DNA of 64,000 nt from contig JADJYT010000016.1 in assembly GCA_016719635.1 (NCBI GenBank), forward strand, positions 829 to 64,828, read 5' to 3'. Position 1 is the first letter of the stretch. Each line of letters starts with the position of its first letter. This stretch comes from Sphingobacteriales bacterium. GTDB taxonomy: Bacteria > Bacteroidota > Bacteroidia > Chitinophagales > JADIYW01. The notes under the pieces were generated by a model, which made no database searches, was not told the origin of the DNA, and saw only the letters and a program-made list of their open reading frames with translations. The translations under genes were made by a program, and so were the position numbers. Below, piece after piece: positions 45,895 to 55,603 of this stretch.

Positions 45895-46390
45895 CCAACC
45901 TATTCTCAGATACACACCCCTCAATCCCCTCTCAAGAGGGGAAGCCGTAAGTGCTATTCATTTAGTTCCTGACTTTCTTAAATGGTAATCCTTTTCTGAT
46001 ATACACTGTCCGCATTTCCCCTCCCCGGAGGGGACAAAGGGGTGGGTTCTTTAATCTCTGTGACACACCCCTCAATCCCCTCTCAAGAGGGGAAGCCGTA
46101 AGTGCTATTCATTTTGTTCCTGACTTTTTTAAATGGTAATCCTTTTCTGATATACACTGTCCGCATTTCCCCTCCCCGGAGGGGACAAAGGGGTGGGTTC
46201 TTTAATCTCTGTGACACACCCCTCAATCCCCTCTCAAGAGGGGAAGCCGTAAGTGCTATTCATTTTGTTCCTGACTTTTTTAAATGGTAATCCTTTCTGA
46301 TATACACTGTCCGCATTTCCCCTCCCCGGAGGGGAAGCCACTCGTGCAATTCTTTTCGTTTTAAACTTTTTTTATAAAATGGTAATCTAT
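45895..46390. repeat. tandem array, 151-bp unit x about 3.2, each unit carrying two GC-rich hairpins
   Basis: Unit starts (acacacccctcaat) fall at 45912, 46063 and 46214, an exact 151-bp period. Hairpin A is CCCCTCT-CA-AGAGGGG and hairpin B is CCCCTCC-CC-GGAGGGG. The copies differ by only a few substitutions and one 1-nt indel. The last unit degenerates after hairpin B. Confidence 0.92.
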
Positions 46391-46501
46391 AAATATCATA
46401 ACACAAAAGGGCCACCCTCCGCATGACAAAGTGGCTTACTAGACAAAATGGCCTGCTATTTGTAAATACATGTATATACAATTAATGTTTAAACAACAAT
46501 C

Positions 46502-47569
46502 ATGTCAAATCTACTACAACCATTCAACAAAAACGGCCTCTTCCTTCAAAACAAGGCAGTAATGGCACCTATGACACGCTCCAGAGCGATAGGCAATGTT
46601 CCTAATGATTTAATGGCAAGCTATTACGGGCAAAGAGCCGGTGCGGGTCTGATCATCACCGAAGGTGTTTCACCTTCTCCGAACGGCATCGGGTATGCCC
46701 GTATTCCGGGCATCTACAATGCCGCACAAAAAGAAGCCTGGAAAAAGGTAACTGCCGCCGCACATTCCAAAGGAGCAAAGATTTTCATCCAGCTGATGCA
46801 CACCGGCAGGATTGGACATCCGGCAAATTTGCCGGAAGGTGCCAAAATGGTAGCCCCATCTGCCATTGCTGCCGCAGGACAAATGTGGACGGACACAGAA
46901 GGCATGCAGACACATCCGGTTCCTTCCGCTTTAACGACAGAGGAAGTGAAAGCTACCATCGGGGAGTTTGTAACGGCTGCCAAAAACGCCATTGAGGCTG
47001 GCTTTGACGGGGTGGAATTACACGGAGCAAACGGATACCTGATTGAACAGTTCATCCGTCCGTCCAGCAATCAGCGCATGGATGAATATGGCGATCACAT
47101 AAAATTCGTACTGGAGGTAACCTCTGCGGTGGCTGCAGCAATCGGCAAAGAAAAAACGGGCATTCGTCTGTCACCATACGGCATATTCAACGACATGCCT
47201 TATGATGCATCCTTAGACAACCTGTATGAAAGAATATTTGAAGGTGTAAATGAAATCGGGATCTTGTACCTCCACCTAGTTGACCACAGCAGTGGCGGTG
47301 CACCGGAAGTACCTTTTTCCATTAAGGCAACCGCCAGGGAGAAATTCCGTCAAATCCTGATTCTGAGTGGCGGGTATGATAAAGAAAAGGGAGACGCAGA
47401 CCTGGACAGCAGAAAGGCGGATCTGATTGCATTCGGCAAGCCCTTCATCTCCAATCCTGATTTAGTGGAACGATTCACGTACAACCATCCATTGGCTCCG
47501 GTTGACTTCAATACACTTTATACCGCTGATGAGAAAGGGTATACAGACTATCCGGAATATACGGCATAA
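46502..47569 (+). CDS. alkene reductase / NADH:flavin oxidoreductase (Old Yellow Enzyme family)
   Basis: It has APMTRSRA, IQLMHTGR and ELHGANGYLIEQF. It is 355 aa. Confidence 0.9.
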   Translation: MSNLLQPFNKNGLFLQNKAVMAPMTRSRAIGNVPNDLMASYYGQRAGAGLIITEGVSPSPNGIGYARIPGIYNAAQKEAWKKVTAAAHSKGAKIFIQLMHTGRIGHPANLPEGAKMVAPSAIAAAGQMWTDTEGMQTHPVPSALTTEEVKATIGEFVTAAKNAIEAGFDGVELHGANGYLIEQFIRPSSNQRMDEYGDHIKFVLEVTSAVAAAIGKEKTGIRLSPYGIFNDMPYDASLDNLYERIFEGVNEIGILYLHLVDHSSGGAPEVPFSIKATAREKFRQILILSGGYDKEKGDADLDSRKADLIAFGKPFISNPDLVERFTYNHPLAPVDFNTLYTADEKGYTDYPEYTA

Positions 47570-47580
47570 CTGAAAGATAC

Positions 47581-47618
47581 GACGAAGAGCGCTATTGTGC
47601 GCTCTTCGTCCTTTATCT
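47581..47618 (+). terminator. rho-independent terminator
   Basis: It has a perfect 12-bp stem, GACGAAGAGCGC-TATTGT-GCGCTCTTCGTC, followed by CTTTATCT. Confidence 0.65.
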
Positions 47619-47864
47619 GAAAATGTCGAAATAGTGTATGCCATTTTACTTCTTTTTTGTCCACCACCCAGTTTTTTAAATACGCTCCCTTTTTTGCCCT
47701 GTATGCTGACAGGCATGCTACTGAATCCCCTCTTAGGGTTTCCTTTCAATATATTTTCTTATGAGTGAACAGAAGGGTGTGCCGGTATATTTTCAAGGTT
47801 CTTATCTTAAGCTAAATTTTGTTTGAAGAATAGCGTTTACTTTTAAGTAAACAAAAAACAGAAT

Positions 47865-48728
47865 ATGACAGCACCGTCTCCTGCATTAAAAGTACGCAAC
47901 GTACATTTCAATTTTGACAAGGTTCCTAAACACTGGGTTTTGGGCAGTTCCATTGCCACGCATTTTGTAAACAGCATGCATGTCGTTTTTCCCGAAGGCG
48001 AGAAATTCTTCGTACGCAGCGTACGACGCTTTGCCAAAGACATCAAAGACGAACAGCTTAAAAAAGATATCAATAGCTTCTGCGGACAGGAAGGTGTACA
48101 CGCACGCGAACACCAGCGCTTCTGGGAAGTGATGGAGGAGCAAAAACTGAAACCCATGTGGTTTGCTGATTTTTTGAAATCAACCGCATTCAGTGGAAAA
48201 TACAGTTATGAAAATATGAGCCGGGGGCTGCTCAACCGCATACAACCCAGATTGGGGGATAAGTTTGCATTGTCGGTGACCACGGCTTTGGAACATTATA
48301 CCGCTATCCTGGCGAATGCCTTGTTTCACGAACCGATTGCAACCAATGACAATATCGCTCCGCAGATGCTGGAACTGCTGCACTGGCATGCCTCCGAAGA
48401 GATTGAACATAAAGCGGTTTGTTTTGATGTTCTGAAAGAGGTAGACGACAGTTATTTCCTGCGCGTATCCGGCATGGGCCTTGCCACCGTATTATTGTGG
48501 GGTTATCTCGGCATCGGGCAGATCTACTTCATCTCTCAGGATAAAGACAAGAGTATTGTCAAGATGCCGTTTGAAACCTATCTCCTGTTAAAGACTGTCG
48601 TTTTCGGAGAAATAGGCAAAAATTTATCGAGACATCTGCTCGAATATTTCAAACGCGACTTTCACCCCGATAATATTGATGACCGGTATCTGATCGAACA
48701 GTTTTTCAAAGACAAGGCTTACGCCTGA
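47865..48728 (+). CDS. predicted metal-dependent hydrolase family protein (PF10118-like)
   Basis: I recognised the pattern FNFDKVPKHW..., FPEGEKFF, QEGVHAREH and HWHASEEIEHKAV. The family assignment is from memory. Confidence 0.55.
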   Translation: MTAPSPALKVRNVHFNFDKVPKHWVLGSSIATHFVNSMHVVFPEGEKFFVRSVRRFAKDIKDEQLKKDINSFCGQEGVHAREHQRFWEVMEEQKLKPMWFADFLKSTAFSGKYSYENMSRGLLNRIQPRLGDKFALSVTTALEHYTAILANALFHEPIATNDNIAPQMLELLHWHASEEIEHKAVCFDVLKEVDDSYFLRVSGMGLATVLLWGYLGIGQIYFISQDKDKSIVKMPFETYLLLKTVVFGEIGKNLSRHLLEYFKRDFHPDNIDDRYLIEQFFKDKAYA

Positions 48729-48736
48729 GATTTGAA

Positions 48737-50548
48737 CTACTGCTTTACGAACTTCTGAACACCGAAAGCCTTATCCGTCTCTACGCTGATAAAGTAGGCT
48801 CCAATGGAAAATTCCTGAGCCGGGATATCGAGTGTCGTATTGAATCTATCGGTTGCAAAAACCTCTTTCCCCGATATGTCTATGATTCTCAGCCGGCGTA
48901 TTTTCTCCGAACCATACTTAGTGTTCAATGAAACGGTGAGATGATCAGTCGCCGGGTTGGGTGAAACCGTAAGCATGTCATTCACCAGTTTAAAATCATT
49001 CACGGAAGAAATAACCATGTTGCTCTTTACCGTATGGCAGGCAACCGTTACATTGTCTTCGTCGATAATGCATAATTGTACGGAGTCATTGCCAAACACC
49101 TCCATCTTGCCAAATGCATTTTTGGTGTTGTTGTTGCCGATACCCATACCGCCTTTGTTCCACAACCATTTGTTCAGATCAAACCCAATCGCGGACAGAA
49201 TATTATCAAACTGGTAATACAGTTCTGTGGATGACACACTCAATCCGCTCGCATTCATCTCCGGCAAGCCAGCATTCGTTCCATCGTCAATAGCGCAGCC
49301 GTGTGTATCACCACTGATGACAATGATATTTTTAAGGTTATTGTTTTTGATGAAATTCAGTATCTGGTTGCGCTCATATGCGTACGCACCGAAATAATCA
49401 GACAAGCTGTAGGACAATCGGAATCCTGTTCCCGCCTGTCCGGCAATATTGAACTGGACGCCCTGCAGAAATAATGGCAACTCCACCAACTGCTGTATAT
49501 TCTTATTGAAAGGCACTCCGGAAATGATAAATTTCCAGGTTGCCGTGGAATTTTTGAGCGCGTTCAGAAACCATCCCATCTGTGGTTGATTCAGCAATTT
49601 ATTGGCAGGATTCAATCCGTCATACGTCCATAGATTAAACTGGGCATTGTATTTTAGATTATTCCAGCCTCCGGTATTGCAACTGCGGACATCAATCACA
49701 AAAAACTCACAATTGCCGGCTTTAAAGGAATGATAATAGCCATCCGTATCATTGACCGGAGGGTACCCTGGGAAGAATTTTCTGTACCCTTCCAGGCAGT
49801 TGGTGCGCATCTGCTGTGTGCGTGGCAACAATTCTATATAATTAATGAGCTTTCCGTTCTCGGTGCGTATTTTTGCCTCTCCACCTTTGAAGTACCTTGA
49901 ATTGCCCCATGTGTCGTCATCGTCAGGCATATAGGCGATGGGCATTTTTTTCAACATGTCTTTACAAACCGGCTCCTCATTTCGTCTGCGCCATGCCAGC
50001 TCTATGGTTTTCCAGTCCTCGGGATAATTGAATCCAAAATACCTCGGAATCTGGTATGAAGGATAGGTAAAATCTCCGGTATGAATAAATAAGTCCGGAT
50101 GGTGCCTGGGCATCACATCAAACACTTTCATATTTTCCGTTTCCTGACAGGAACCGGTAACAAATACGAGATGTTCCGGAGTTCCAACAGTCGGGAATGT
50201 TTTAAAGTGTCCGCTTACCGGTTGAACGGCCCCGTTGATACGATAGCGGAAATAGTAGTCGGTAGAGGGAATCAGAGAAGACAGGTTCACAATCTTACTG
50301 CTGTCTAATACGGCATCGGTGGCTGAATTAACCGACAGAAATGAGCCAAACAATGAGTCAGTACTATATTCCATCGTAAAATCAGTCGCCTGATTGGTTC
50401 GGATATAAATGCGTGCGCTGTTTTCCGTTACACCGCCTGTCATCGGTCCGTGCGTAATTGTTTGTGAAAATCCCGTGCCGGAAATTAAAACAAGGATAAA
50501 CAAGCTTAGTCTGGTAAAATGCATGCGAAAAGTTACAAAATAATGCAC
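48737..50548 (-). CDS. PhoD-like alkaline phosphatase family protein with T9SS C-terminal sorting domain
   Basis: It has a PhoD N-terminal fibronectin-like segment (THGPMTGGVTENSARIYIRT), metallophosphatase motifs (FIHTGDFTYP and ISGDTHG) and the C-terminus LTVSPNPATDHLTVSL...GAYFISVETD...QKFVKQ. Confidence 0.8.
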   Translation of the reverse strand: MHYFVTFRMHFTRLSLFILVLISGTGFSQTITHGPMTGGVTENSARIYIRTNQATDFTMEYSTDSLFGSFLSVNSATDAVLDSSKIVNLSSLIPSTDYYFRYRINGAVQPVSGHFKTFPTVGTPEHLVFVTGSCQETENMKVFDVMPRHHPDLFIHTGDFTYPSYQIPRYFGFNYPEDWKTIELAWRRRNEEPVCKDMLKKMPIAYMPDDDDTWGNSRYFKGGEAKIRTENGKLINYIELLPRTQQMRTNCLEGYRKFFPGYPPVNDTDGYYHSFKAGNCEFFVIDVRSCNTGGWNNLKYNAQFNLWTYDGLNPANKLLNQPQMGWFLNALKNSTATWKFIISGVPFNKNIQQLVELPLFLQGVQFNIAGQAGTGFRLSYSLSDYFGAYAYERNQILNFIKNNNLKNIIVISGDTHGCAIDDGTNAGLPEMNASGLSVSSTELYYQFDNILSAIGFDLNKWLWNKGGMGIGNNNTKNAFGKMEVFGNDSVQLCIIDEDNVTVACHTVKSNMVISSVNDFKLVNDMLTVSPNPATDHLTVSLNTKYGSEKIRRLRIIDISGKEVFATDRFNTTLDIPAQEFSIGAYFISVETDKAFGVQKFVKQ

Positions 50549-50627
50549 ATATCAATGTGAATATAGGGTGTAAATTTTATTGACATTCTGAACAAATCGG
50601 AAATCCATCCTTCAAAAGGCCTCCTGA

Positions 50628-51035
50628 TTAATGATCGTGTTTCTTCATATATTTTATATGAACTGTCAGCCAGATGGCTCTCGACAAATGCGCCACATAA
50701 GGAGCCGCCAATACAATTAACAGGGCACAGGATGCAATATAATACCCTGCGTTATCCAGAAATTTATCCCGGCTGAAATTGAATGCCATATAGATGGGGA
50801 GCAAAGCCAGACACATGGCAGAAGTGATAATATAGCTCATATACATGGCACCATAGTAAAAACCGGTTTCCACCTGAAAATCTTCTCCACATTTAGAGCA
50901 TCGATCATTCATGTCCAGCATATTGTTCAACACGTATGGGTTTGACTTAAATAATTTTTCTTTTCCGCAACTCGGGCATTTGAGCAGCATCGCATAACGC
51001 CATCTGGGCTTTAGTATACTAACCGATTCTTTCAT
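50628..51035 (-). CDS. DUF983 domain-containing membrane protein
   Basis: It has an N-terminal zinc ribbon (CPSCGK...CSKCGEDF) followed by two TM helices. Confidence 0.65.
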   Translation of the reverse strand: MKESVSILKPRWRYAMLLKCPSCGKEKLFKSNPYVLNNMLDMNDRCSKCGEDFQVETGFYYGAMYMSYIITSAMCLALLPIYMAFNFSRDKFLDNAGYYIASCALLIVLAAPYVAHLSRAIWLTVHIKYMKKHDH

Positions 51036-51041
51036 TATAGT

Positions 51042-51662
51042 TTACTTCCTTTTTACTATGAAGAATAATTCCGTTCCGGATCTTGGAGCAATGGAGGTGA
51101 TACACTGCTCCATCTCTTTTACCTCAAATTTCTTTTGGAATATTGTCATATACTCTTCCTTATTTCCGCCGAATGGCGGTCCGCTTTCAAATTTTTTATC
51201 AAACAACAACCCAGCGAGCTCTCCTCCGGTATGCAGCAGTGAATGCATCTTTTCTGCATAGCTTTCCCTTTGAGGTGGCAGTAACGCGCAGAAAAAAGTT
51301 TGCTCCAGGATAATATCGTAATTGCCGGTATGTTTAAAGAAATCTCCGCAGATAACCGTGAGCTGCCTACCGGCATATTTTTCATACTTCTGCAACAGAT
51401 TCTTTATCAATGTCGGGGCAAGGTCAATTACGGTGACATTGGCAAACCCGTTCGCAAGCAGGTATTCTGCTTCATAAGCATTGCCGCAGCCGGGAATCAG
51501 AATAGCCGCATTCTTGTCTTCAATTGTATCTATATATTGTTTCAGAGGAGGAGAAACGGACTTTAAATCCCAGCCGGTTTCCTGGTTTTTCCAGCGATCG
51601 TCCCAAAAATCTTTATCTATCTGCTGCATATTAAATGGTGCGCTTACCATAAGCGCTTTCAA
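51042..51662 (-). CDS. SAM-dependent methyltransferase, thiopurine S-methyltransferase (TPMT) family
   Basis: It has FWDDRWKNQETGWDL and the SAM motif ILIPGCGNAYEAEYL. Confidence 0.72.
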   Translation of the reverse strand: MKALMVSAPFNMQQIDKDFWDDRWKNQETGWDLKSVSPPLKQYIDTIEDKNAAILIPGCGNAYEAEYLLANGFANVTVIDLAPTLIKNLLQKYEKYAGRQLTVICGDFFKHTGNYDIILEQTFFCALLPPQRESYAEKMHSLLHTGGELAGLLFDKKFESGPPFGGNKEEYMTIFQKKFEVKEMEQCITSIAPRSGTELFFIVKRK

Positions 51663-51752
51663 CTTTCAAAACTACAGTATATAGTCGGATTTATCTGTAA
51701 CATTTATCACAAAAAATAAAAAGTACCGAAATCTTTGATAGTTTTGTCCTGC

Positions 51753-52913
51753 ATGGAAGTCCGCAGGACATATCACGTCATTGGATTGATGAGCGGCAGT
51801 TCGCTGGACGGATTGGATATCTGCTATGTGAGGTTTATAGTCGATAGTTCAAGGGCGATAATCGATACTGACACAGAAATTGACTGTCGGCCATTTACTG
51901 TTGAATACAAAATCCTACAAGCAGATTGCAAAGAATTCCCTGCGGGATTTAGAGAAAAATTGCGAAATGCGCCCCATTTATCAGCATTCGAATTTGCAAG
52001 ACTACATACTGAAGTGGGGAAATATTTTGGACAACTTACGACTCTGTTTATTCAAGAAAACAATATCGAAACCGTTGATTTCATCTGCTCGCACGGACAC
52101 ACCATCTTCCATCAGCCTTGTGCCGGATTTACCACCCAAATCGGGTGTGGTGCTCAGATTGCGGCAAATACCAACTGCAAAGTCGTTTGCGATATCCGTA
52201 CATCCGATGTGGCTTATGGAGGACAGGGTGCGTTGCTGGTTCCCATTGCAGAGCAATATCTGTTTCCGGATTACAACGCGTTTTTGAATATGGGAGGCAT
52301 TGCGAATATTTCATTCCATCATCCTAATTCTCCCGAGAAAGTTTCAGAAGCCGAGATTGGTAAAAAAGTTATTGCATATGACGTTTGTGCCGCGAATACC
52401 CTGCTGAATCATTTAGCACAACAAAACGGGCTGGCGTTCGACGAAAATGGAGATTTAGCCAGAAAAGGAACCATTATCCAGCCCATCTTAGAGGAATTGA
52501 ATACGATTGCATTTTGCAAACAACCCGCTCCGAAGTCCTTGGGGACAGAGCATGTTTACTCAGAATGGATTGCATTGCTGGATAACTATAATAACAATAC
52601 AGAAGACAAATTGGCTACTGCCGTGGAACATATTTCGATTCAGATTGGGAAGGAAACAAAATCCGTAATCCCAAACTTTCATTCTAATATCCTGATTACA
52701 GGTGGCGGCGCATTCAATACATTCTTAATCGAACGGATTCAGGCACACACCAGATCAACCGTAATTGTGCCTGACAAACTAACCATTTCCTATAAAGAAG
52801 CTTTGGCTATGGCTTTTATTGGATTACTGAGAGTATTGGGAGTTCCAAACTGCCTGTCCTCTGTTACGGGCGCACACAAGGATGTTATCGGCGGAGCGGT
52901 GTATTTACCATAA
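51753..52913 (+). CDS. anmK: anhydro-N-acetylmuramic acid kinase
   Basis: It has IGLMSGSSLDGLDI and the C-terminal ITGGGAFN. The track start at 51735 is a TTG, so I used the ATG at 51753. Confidence 0.9.
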   Translation: MEVRRTYHVIGLMSGSSLDGLDICYVRFIVDSSRAIIDTDTEIDCRPFTVEYKILQADCKEFPAGFREKLRNAPHLSAFEFARLHTEVGKYFGQLTTLFIQENNIETVDFICSHGHTIFHQPCAGFTTQIGCGAQIAANTNCKVVCDIRTSDVAYGGQGALLVPIAEQYLFPDYNAFLNMGGIANISFHHPNSPEKVSEAEIGKKVIAYDVCAANTLLNHLAQQNGLAFDENGDLARKGTIIQPILEELNTIAFCKQPAPKSLGTEHVYSEWIALLDNYNNNTEDKLATAVEHISIQIGKETKSVIPNFHSNILITGGGAFNTFLIERIQAHTRSTVIVPDKLTISYKEALAMAFIGLLRVLGVPNCLSSVTGAHKDVIGGAVYLP

Positions 52914-52961
52914 AATAACAACCAAACATAAGAAAGCTTTTTAACTTAAGACTTATTCCAA

Positions 52962-52969
52962 TACCTTTG
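52962..52969 (+). promoter_or_regulatory. candidate -7 box TACCTTTG abutting the start codon
   Basis: The sequence reads TACCTTTG-catc-ATG (start at 52974). Confidence 0.4.
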
Positions 52970-52973
52970 CATC

Positions 52974-53960
52974 ATGGTTCTAGTTACTGGTGCTTCCGGA
53001 TTTTTAGGCGGTGAGTTGGTGAAACAACTCGTTGCCGACGGAGAATCTGTACGGATCCTTGTTCGCCCAACTTCCAGTATCACCCACTTCGCTCCAATTC
53101 TGGATAAAATAGAAATTGCATTGGGCGATATCCTGGACATTCCTTCCTTAGAAGCCGCCTTGGAGGGTGTCGATAAAATCTACCATTCGGCCGCCATCAT
53201 CGGTTACGACAGTTCGTACTACGACGCTATGTACAAAACGAATATTGAAGGGACGGCGAATGTGGTGAATGTGGCATTGACAAACGGGATTAAAAAACTC
53301 CTGCATGTCAGTTCGATAGCCGCTATCGGAGGCAAACCGGAAGAGCTGATTACGGAAGAAACCAAATGGGAAAAGAATCAATGGACCACGCATTACGGAA
53401 TTACGAAAATGCTGGCGGAACGTGAAATATGGCGGGGCATACAGGAAGGTCTGGAGGCCGCTATCATTAATCCGGGCATCATCGTCGGCATCTGCAACGA
53501 TGAACATAAGGCAACGATACGGCTGTTTAAACAAATTGCAACCCGGAAATTGCCGTTTTACACAAATGGCACCAATGGATTTATTGACGTGGAGGATACC
53601 GCAAAAGCCGCAATTCAACTAATGAACAGCGAGATACATTCAGCGCGTTTTATTGTCGTTAGCGAGAACATTTCCTTTAAAGACTATTTTGAGCAGGTCG
53701 CTCGGGCATTGGAAGTTGCTCCACCTGGCAGAGTGTTGAACCCTTTGCTGGCAAAAGTGTTTGTAACGGCAGACTGGTTCTTTTCCAAATTATCCGACAG
53801 AAAAAGGAAAGTGACTCAGGAAGCCCTGAAAGTGGCGATGGAAAAATTTGAGTATGACAATCATAAAATAAGAGAAGCATTGAAATTTAATTTTATCCCT
53901 TTAGAAAAGACCATTAAAAAAGTGGCAAACACAATTAAATCTGACAGTGAACCTGTATAA
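52974..53960 (+). CDS. NAD-dependent epimerase/dehydratase family protein
   Basis: It has the N-terminus MVLVTGASGFLGGELV and a YxxxK (YGITK). Confidence 0.8.
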   Translation: MVLVTGASGFLGGELVKQLVADGESVRILVRPTSSITHFAPILDKIEIALGDILDIPSLEAALEGVDKIYHSAAIIGYDSSYYDAMYKTNIEGTANVVNVALTNGIKKLLHVSSIAAIGGKPEELITEETKWEKNQWTTHYGITKMLAEREIWRGIQEGLEAAIINPGIIVGICNDEHKATIRLFKQIATRKLPFYTNGTNGFIDVEDTAKAAIQLMNSEIHSARFIVVSENISFKDYFEQVARALEVAPPGRVLNPLLAKVFVTADWFFSKLSDRKRKVTQEALKVAMEKFEYDNHKIREALKFNFIPLEKTIKKVANTIKSDSEPV

Positions 53961-53969
53961 GAATATAGC

Positions 53970-55025
53970 ATGACATTTTTTTCTGCAGAAAACAAAAATA
54001 AGGTGCTCGCCTATTGGTGGATATTAGGCGTGGGCATGTTGCTGGGGCAAATCCTGTTAGGAGGCATCACCCGCCTGACCGGCAGCGGGCTTTCCATCAC
54101 GGAATGGAAAGCCATCTTAGGTTTTTTGCCGCCAATGAATGAACAGGACTGGAATCTGGCATTTTCCAAATACCAGCAGTTCGGACAGTACAAACTTCTT
54201 AATACCACGATGACGCTTTCTGAATTCAAATCCATTTATTTCTGGGAATGGTTTCATCGTTTGTGGGCGCGTATCCTCGGATTCGCCGCCATTCTCCCGC
54301 TGCTTTTTTTTATGTATAAGAAAATTGTCAACAGGCAGGATATCATTAAGATTGCAGTTGCAATCGTACTGGGCGCCGTCGCCGGTACAGTCGGCTGGAT
54401 GATGGTACAAAGCGGATTGAAACAAAACACCGTTTTAGTGAATCCGGTGAACCTGACATCTCATATCTTAGTGGCAACGATTATCGTCGGATATGTATTG
54501 CGAACGGCGCTGGAATATCTCTATCCCAGACAACACACAACGTATGATACTGCGAACAGAAGATATTTTCTCATCCTGATGATTCTTGTTTTTCTTCAGA
54601 TAGGGTTAGGCGCATTGGTGGCGGGTTCAAAGGCGGCATTGGTGTGTACCACATTCCCCTTGATGAACGGACATTATTACCCAGTCGAAATGAACTTTTC
54701 CAACGGTGATGCATATGAGCTTTCTATGAAGCTGCTTTTTCAGTTCCTGCACCGCAATATGGCCTATCTTATTTTCTTTTATGTGCTATTCGTTTTTTTC
54801 AAGACGAAAAAGGCAGCAGCACAATTTCAATTTCACCGTACGAGATGGTTTCTGCTAATCATGGTCTGCATTCAGTTACCGCTGGGGATTCTAACATTGT
54901 TGTACAGTCAGGGAAAGGTGCCGGTTATTCTGGGCGTATTACATCAGCTGGGCGCATTTCTTTTGCTGATATTTTCTATCGAAGGTCATTATTTCATTAA
55001 ATACAGAGCCTTAGAGCAAAAATAA
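53970..55025 (+). CDS. ctaA: COX15/CtaA family heme A synthase
   Basis: It is a polytopic membrane protein with GGITRLTGSGLSITEW, conserved His in the TM segments (WFHRLWAR and QFLHRNMAY) and HQLGAF. Confidence 0.78.
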   Translation: MTFFSAENKNKVLAYWWILGVGMLLGQILLGGITRLTGSGLSITEWKAILGFLPPMNEQDWNLAFSKYQQFGQYKLLNTTMTLSEFKSIYFWEWFHRLWARILGFAAILPLLFFMYKKIVNRQDIIKIAVAIVLGAVAGTVGWMMVQSGLKQNTVLVNPVNLTSHILVATIIVGYVLRTALEYLYPRQHTTYDTANRRYFLILMILVFLQIGLGALVAGSKAALVCTTFPLMNGHYYPVEMNFSNGDAYELSMKLLFQFLHRNMAYLIFFYVLFVFFKTKKAAAQFQFHRTRWFLLIMVCIQLPLGILTLLYSQGKVPVILGVLHQLGAFLLLIFSIEGHYFIKYRALEQK

Positions 55026-55030
55026 GAATC

Positions 55031-55603
55031 ATGCAACTGAAGATTTCTTCCATAACCAACTTAACGGATGCACGATTCTTCAGCGCAATAGGTGCACATT
55101 ATCTGGGGTTTTGTCTGGATGTATTAAACGAATACAATATTTCCATTCCGAAGGCAAAAGAAATCATAAGCTGGCTGCACGAACCGGTTATTGTGGGGGA
55201 GTTTGGTATACATCAGTCCAAAGAAGAGATTGAATATGCCGCAAAAGAACTGAGCATGAGCGATATCCAGATTCCTTATTTACACCCGCAGAGAGAAGAA
55301 CTGGCGTTCGAAAAATTTTTACAGATAGATGTAAATGATTTGTCCGTGATTGGCAGCCGGCAGCCGGCAGATTTTTTTGTTTTGAAATTACATCCGAAAG
55401 ACCTCTCGAATCAAGCAGTCCGGGACTTTATTTCCAACCATAACGTATATATAGAAGCCGGCTTCTCCAAAGAGAATATTCTGACAATTACCGGAAGTCT
55501 GCGACCATACGGCATCCAGATCAGCTGCAGAAAGGAAGAAAAAGCAGGATGGAGCGCTGTAGATGAATACGCGGATATCCTCGAACTGATTGGGTTTTCA
55601 TAA
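55031..55603 (+). CDS. hypothetical protein, weakly TrpF (phosphoribosylanthranilate isomerase)-like
   Basis: The N-terminus LKISSITNLTDARFFSAIGAHYLGF resembles the TrpF start (KICGIT...DA..A...GAD.LGF). The rest of the protein is not diagnostic. Confidence 0.3.
   Translation: MQLKISSITNLTDARFFSAIGAHYLGFCLDVLNEYNISIPKAKEIISWLHEPVIVGEFGIHQSKEEIEYAAKELSMSDIQIPYLHPQREELAFEKFLQIDVNDLSVIGSRQPADFFVLKLHPKDLSNQAVRDFISNHNVYIEAGFSKENILTITGSLRPYGIQISCRKEEKAGWSAVDEYADILELIGFS

Noticed and set aside
45895-46390. Possible CRISPR array, given regularly spaced GC-rich palindromic repeats
   Set aside because: The whole 151-bp unit repeats, including the would-be spacers, so there are no unique spacers. The period is far longer than repeat plus spacer in a CRISPR array. 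No cas genes are present in the window.
46102-46481. Track ORFs 46102..46290(+) and 46260..46481(-)
   Set aside because: They are translations of the tandem repeat (for example ...PLNPLSRGEAVSAIHFVPDFFKW) and have no independent coding evidence.
47462-47749. 95-aa minus-strand ORF downstream of the OYE reductase
   Set aside because: It overlaps the reductase 3' end and its terminator hairpin and has no supporting signals.
55031-55603. Confident annotation as trpF
   Set aside because: Only the first ~25 residues resemble TrpF. There are no trp genes nearby and no clear catalytic Cys/Asp context, so it stays as a low-confidence hypothetical.
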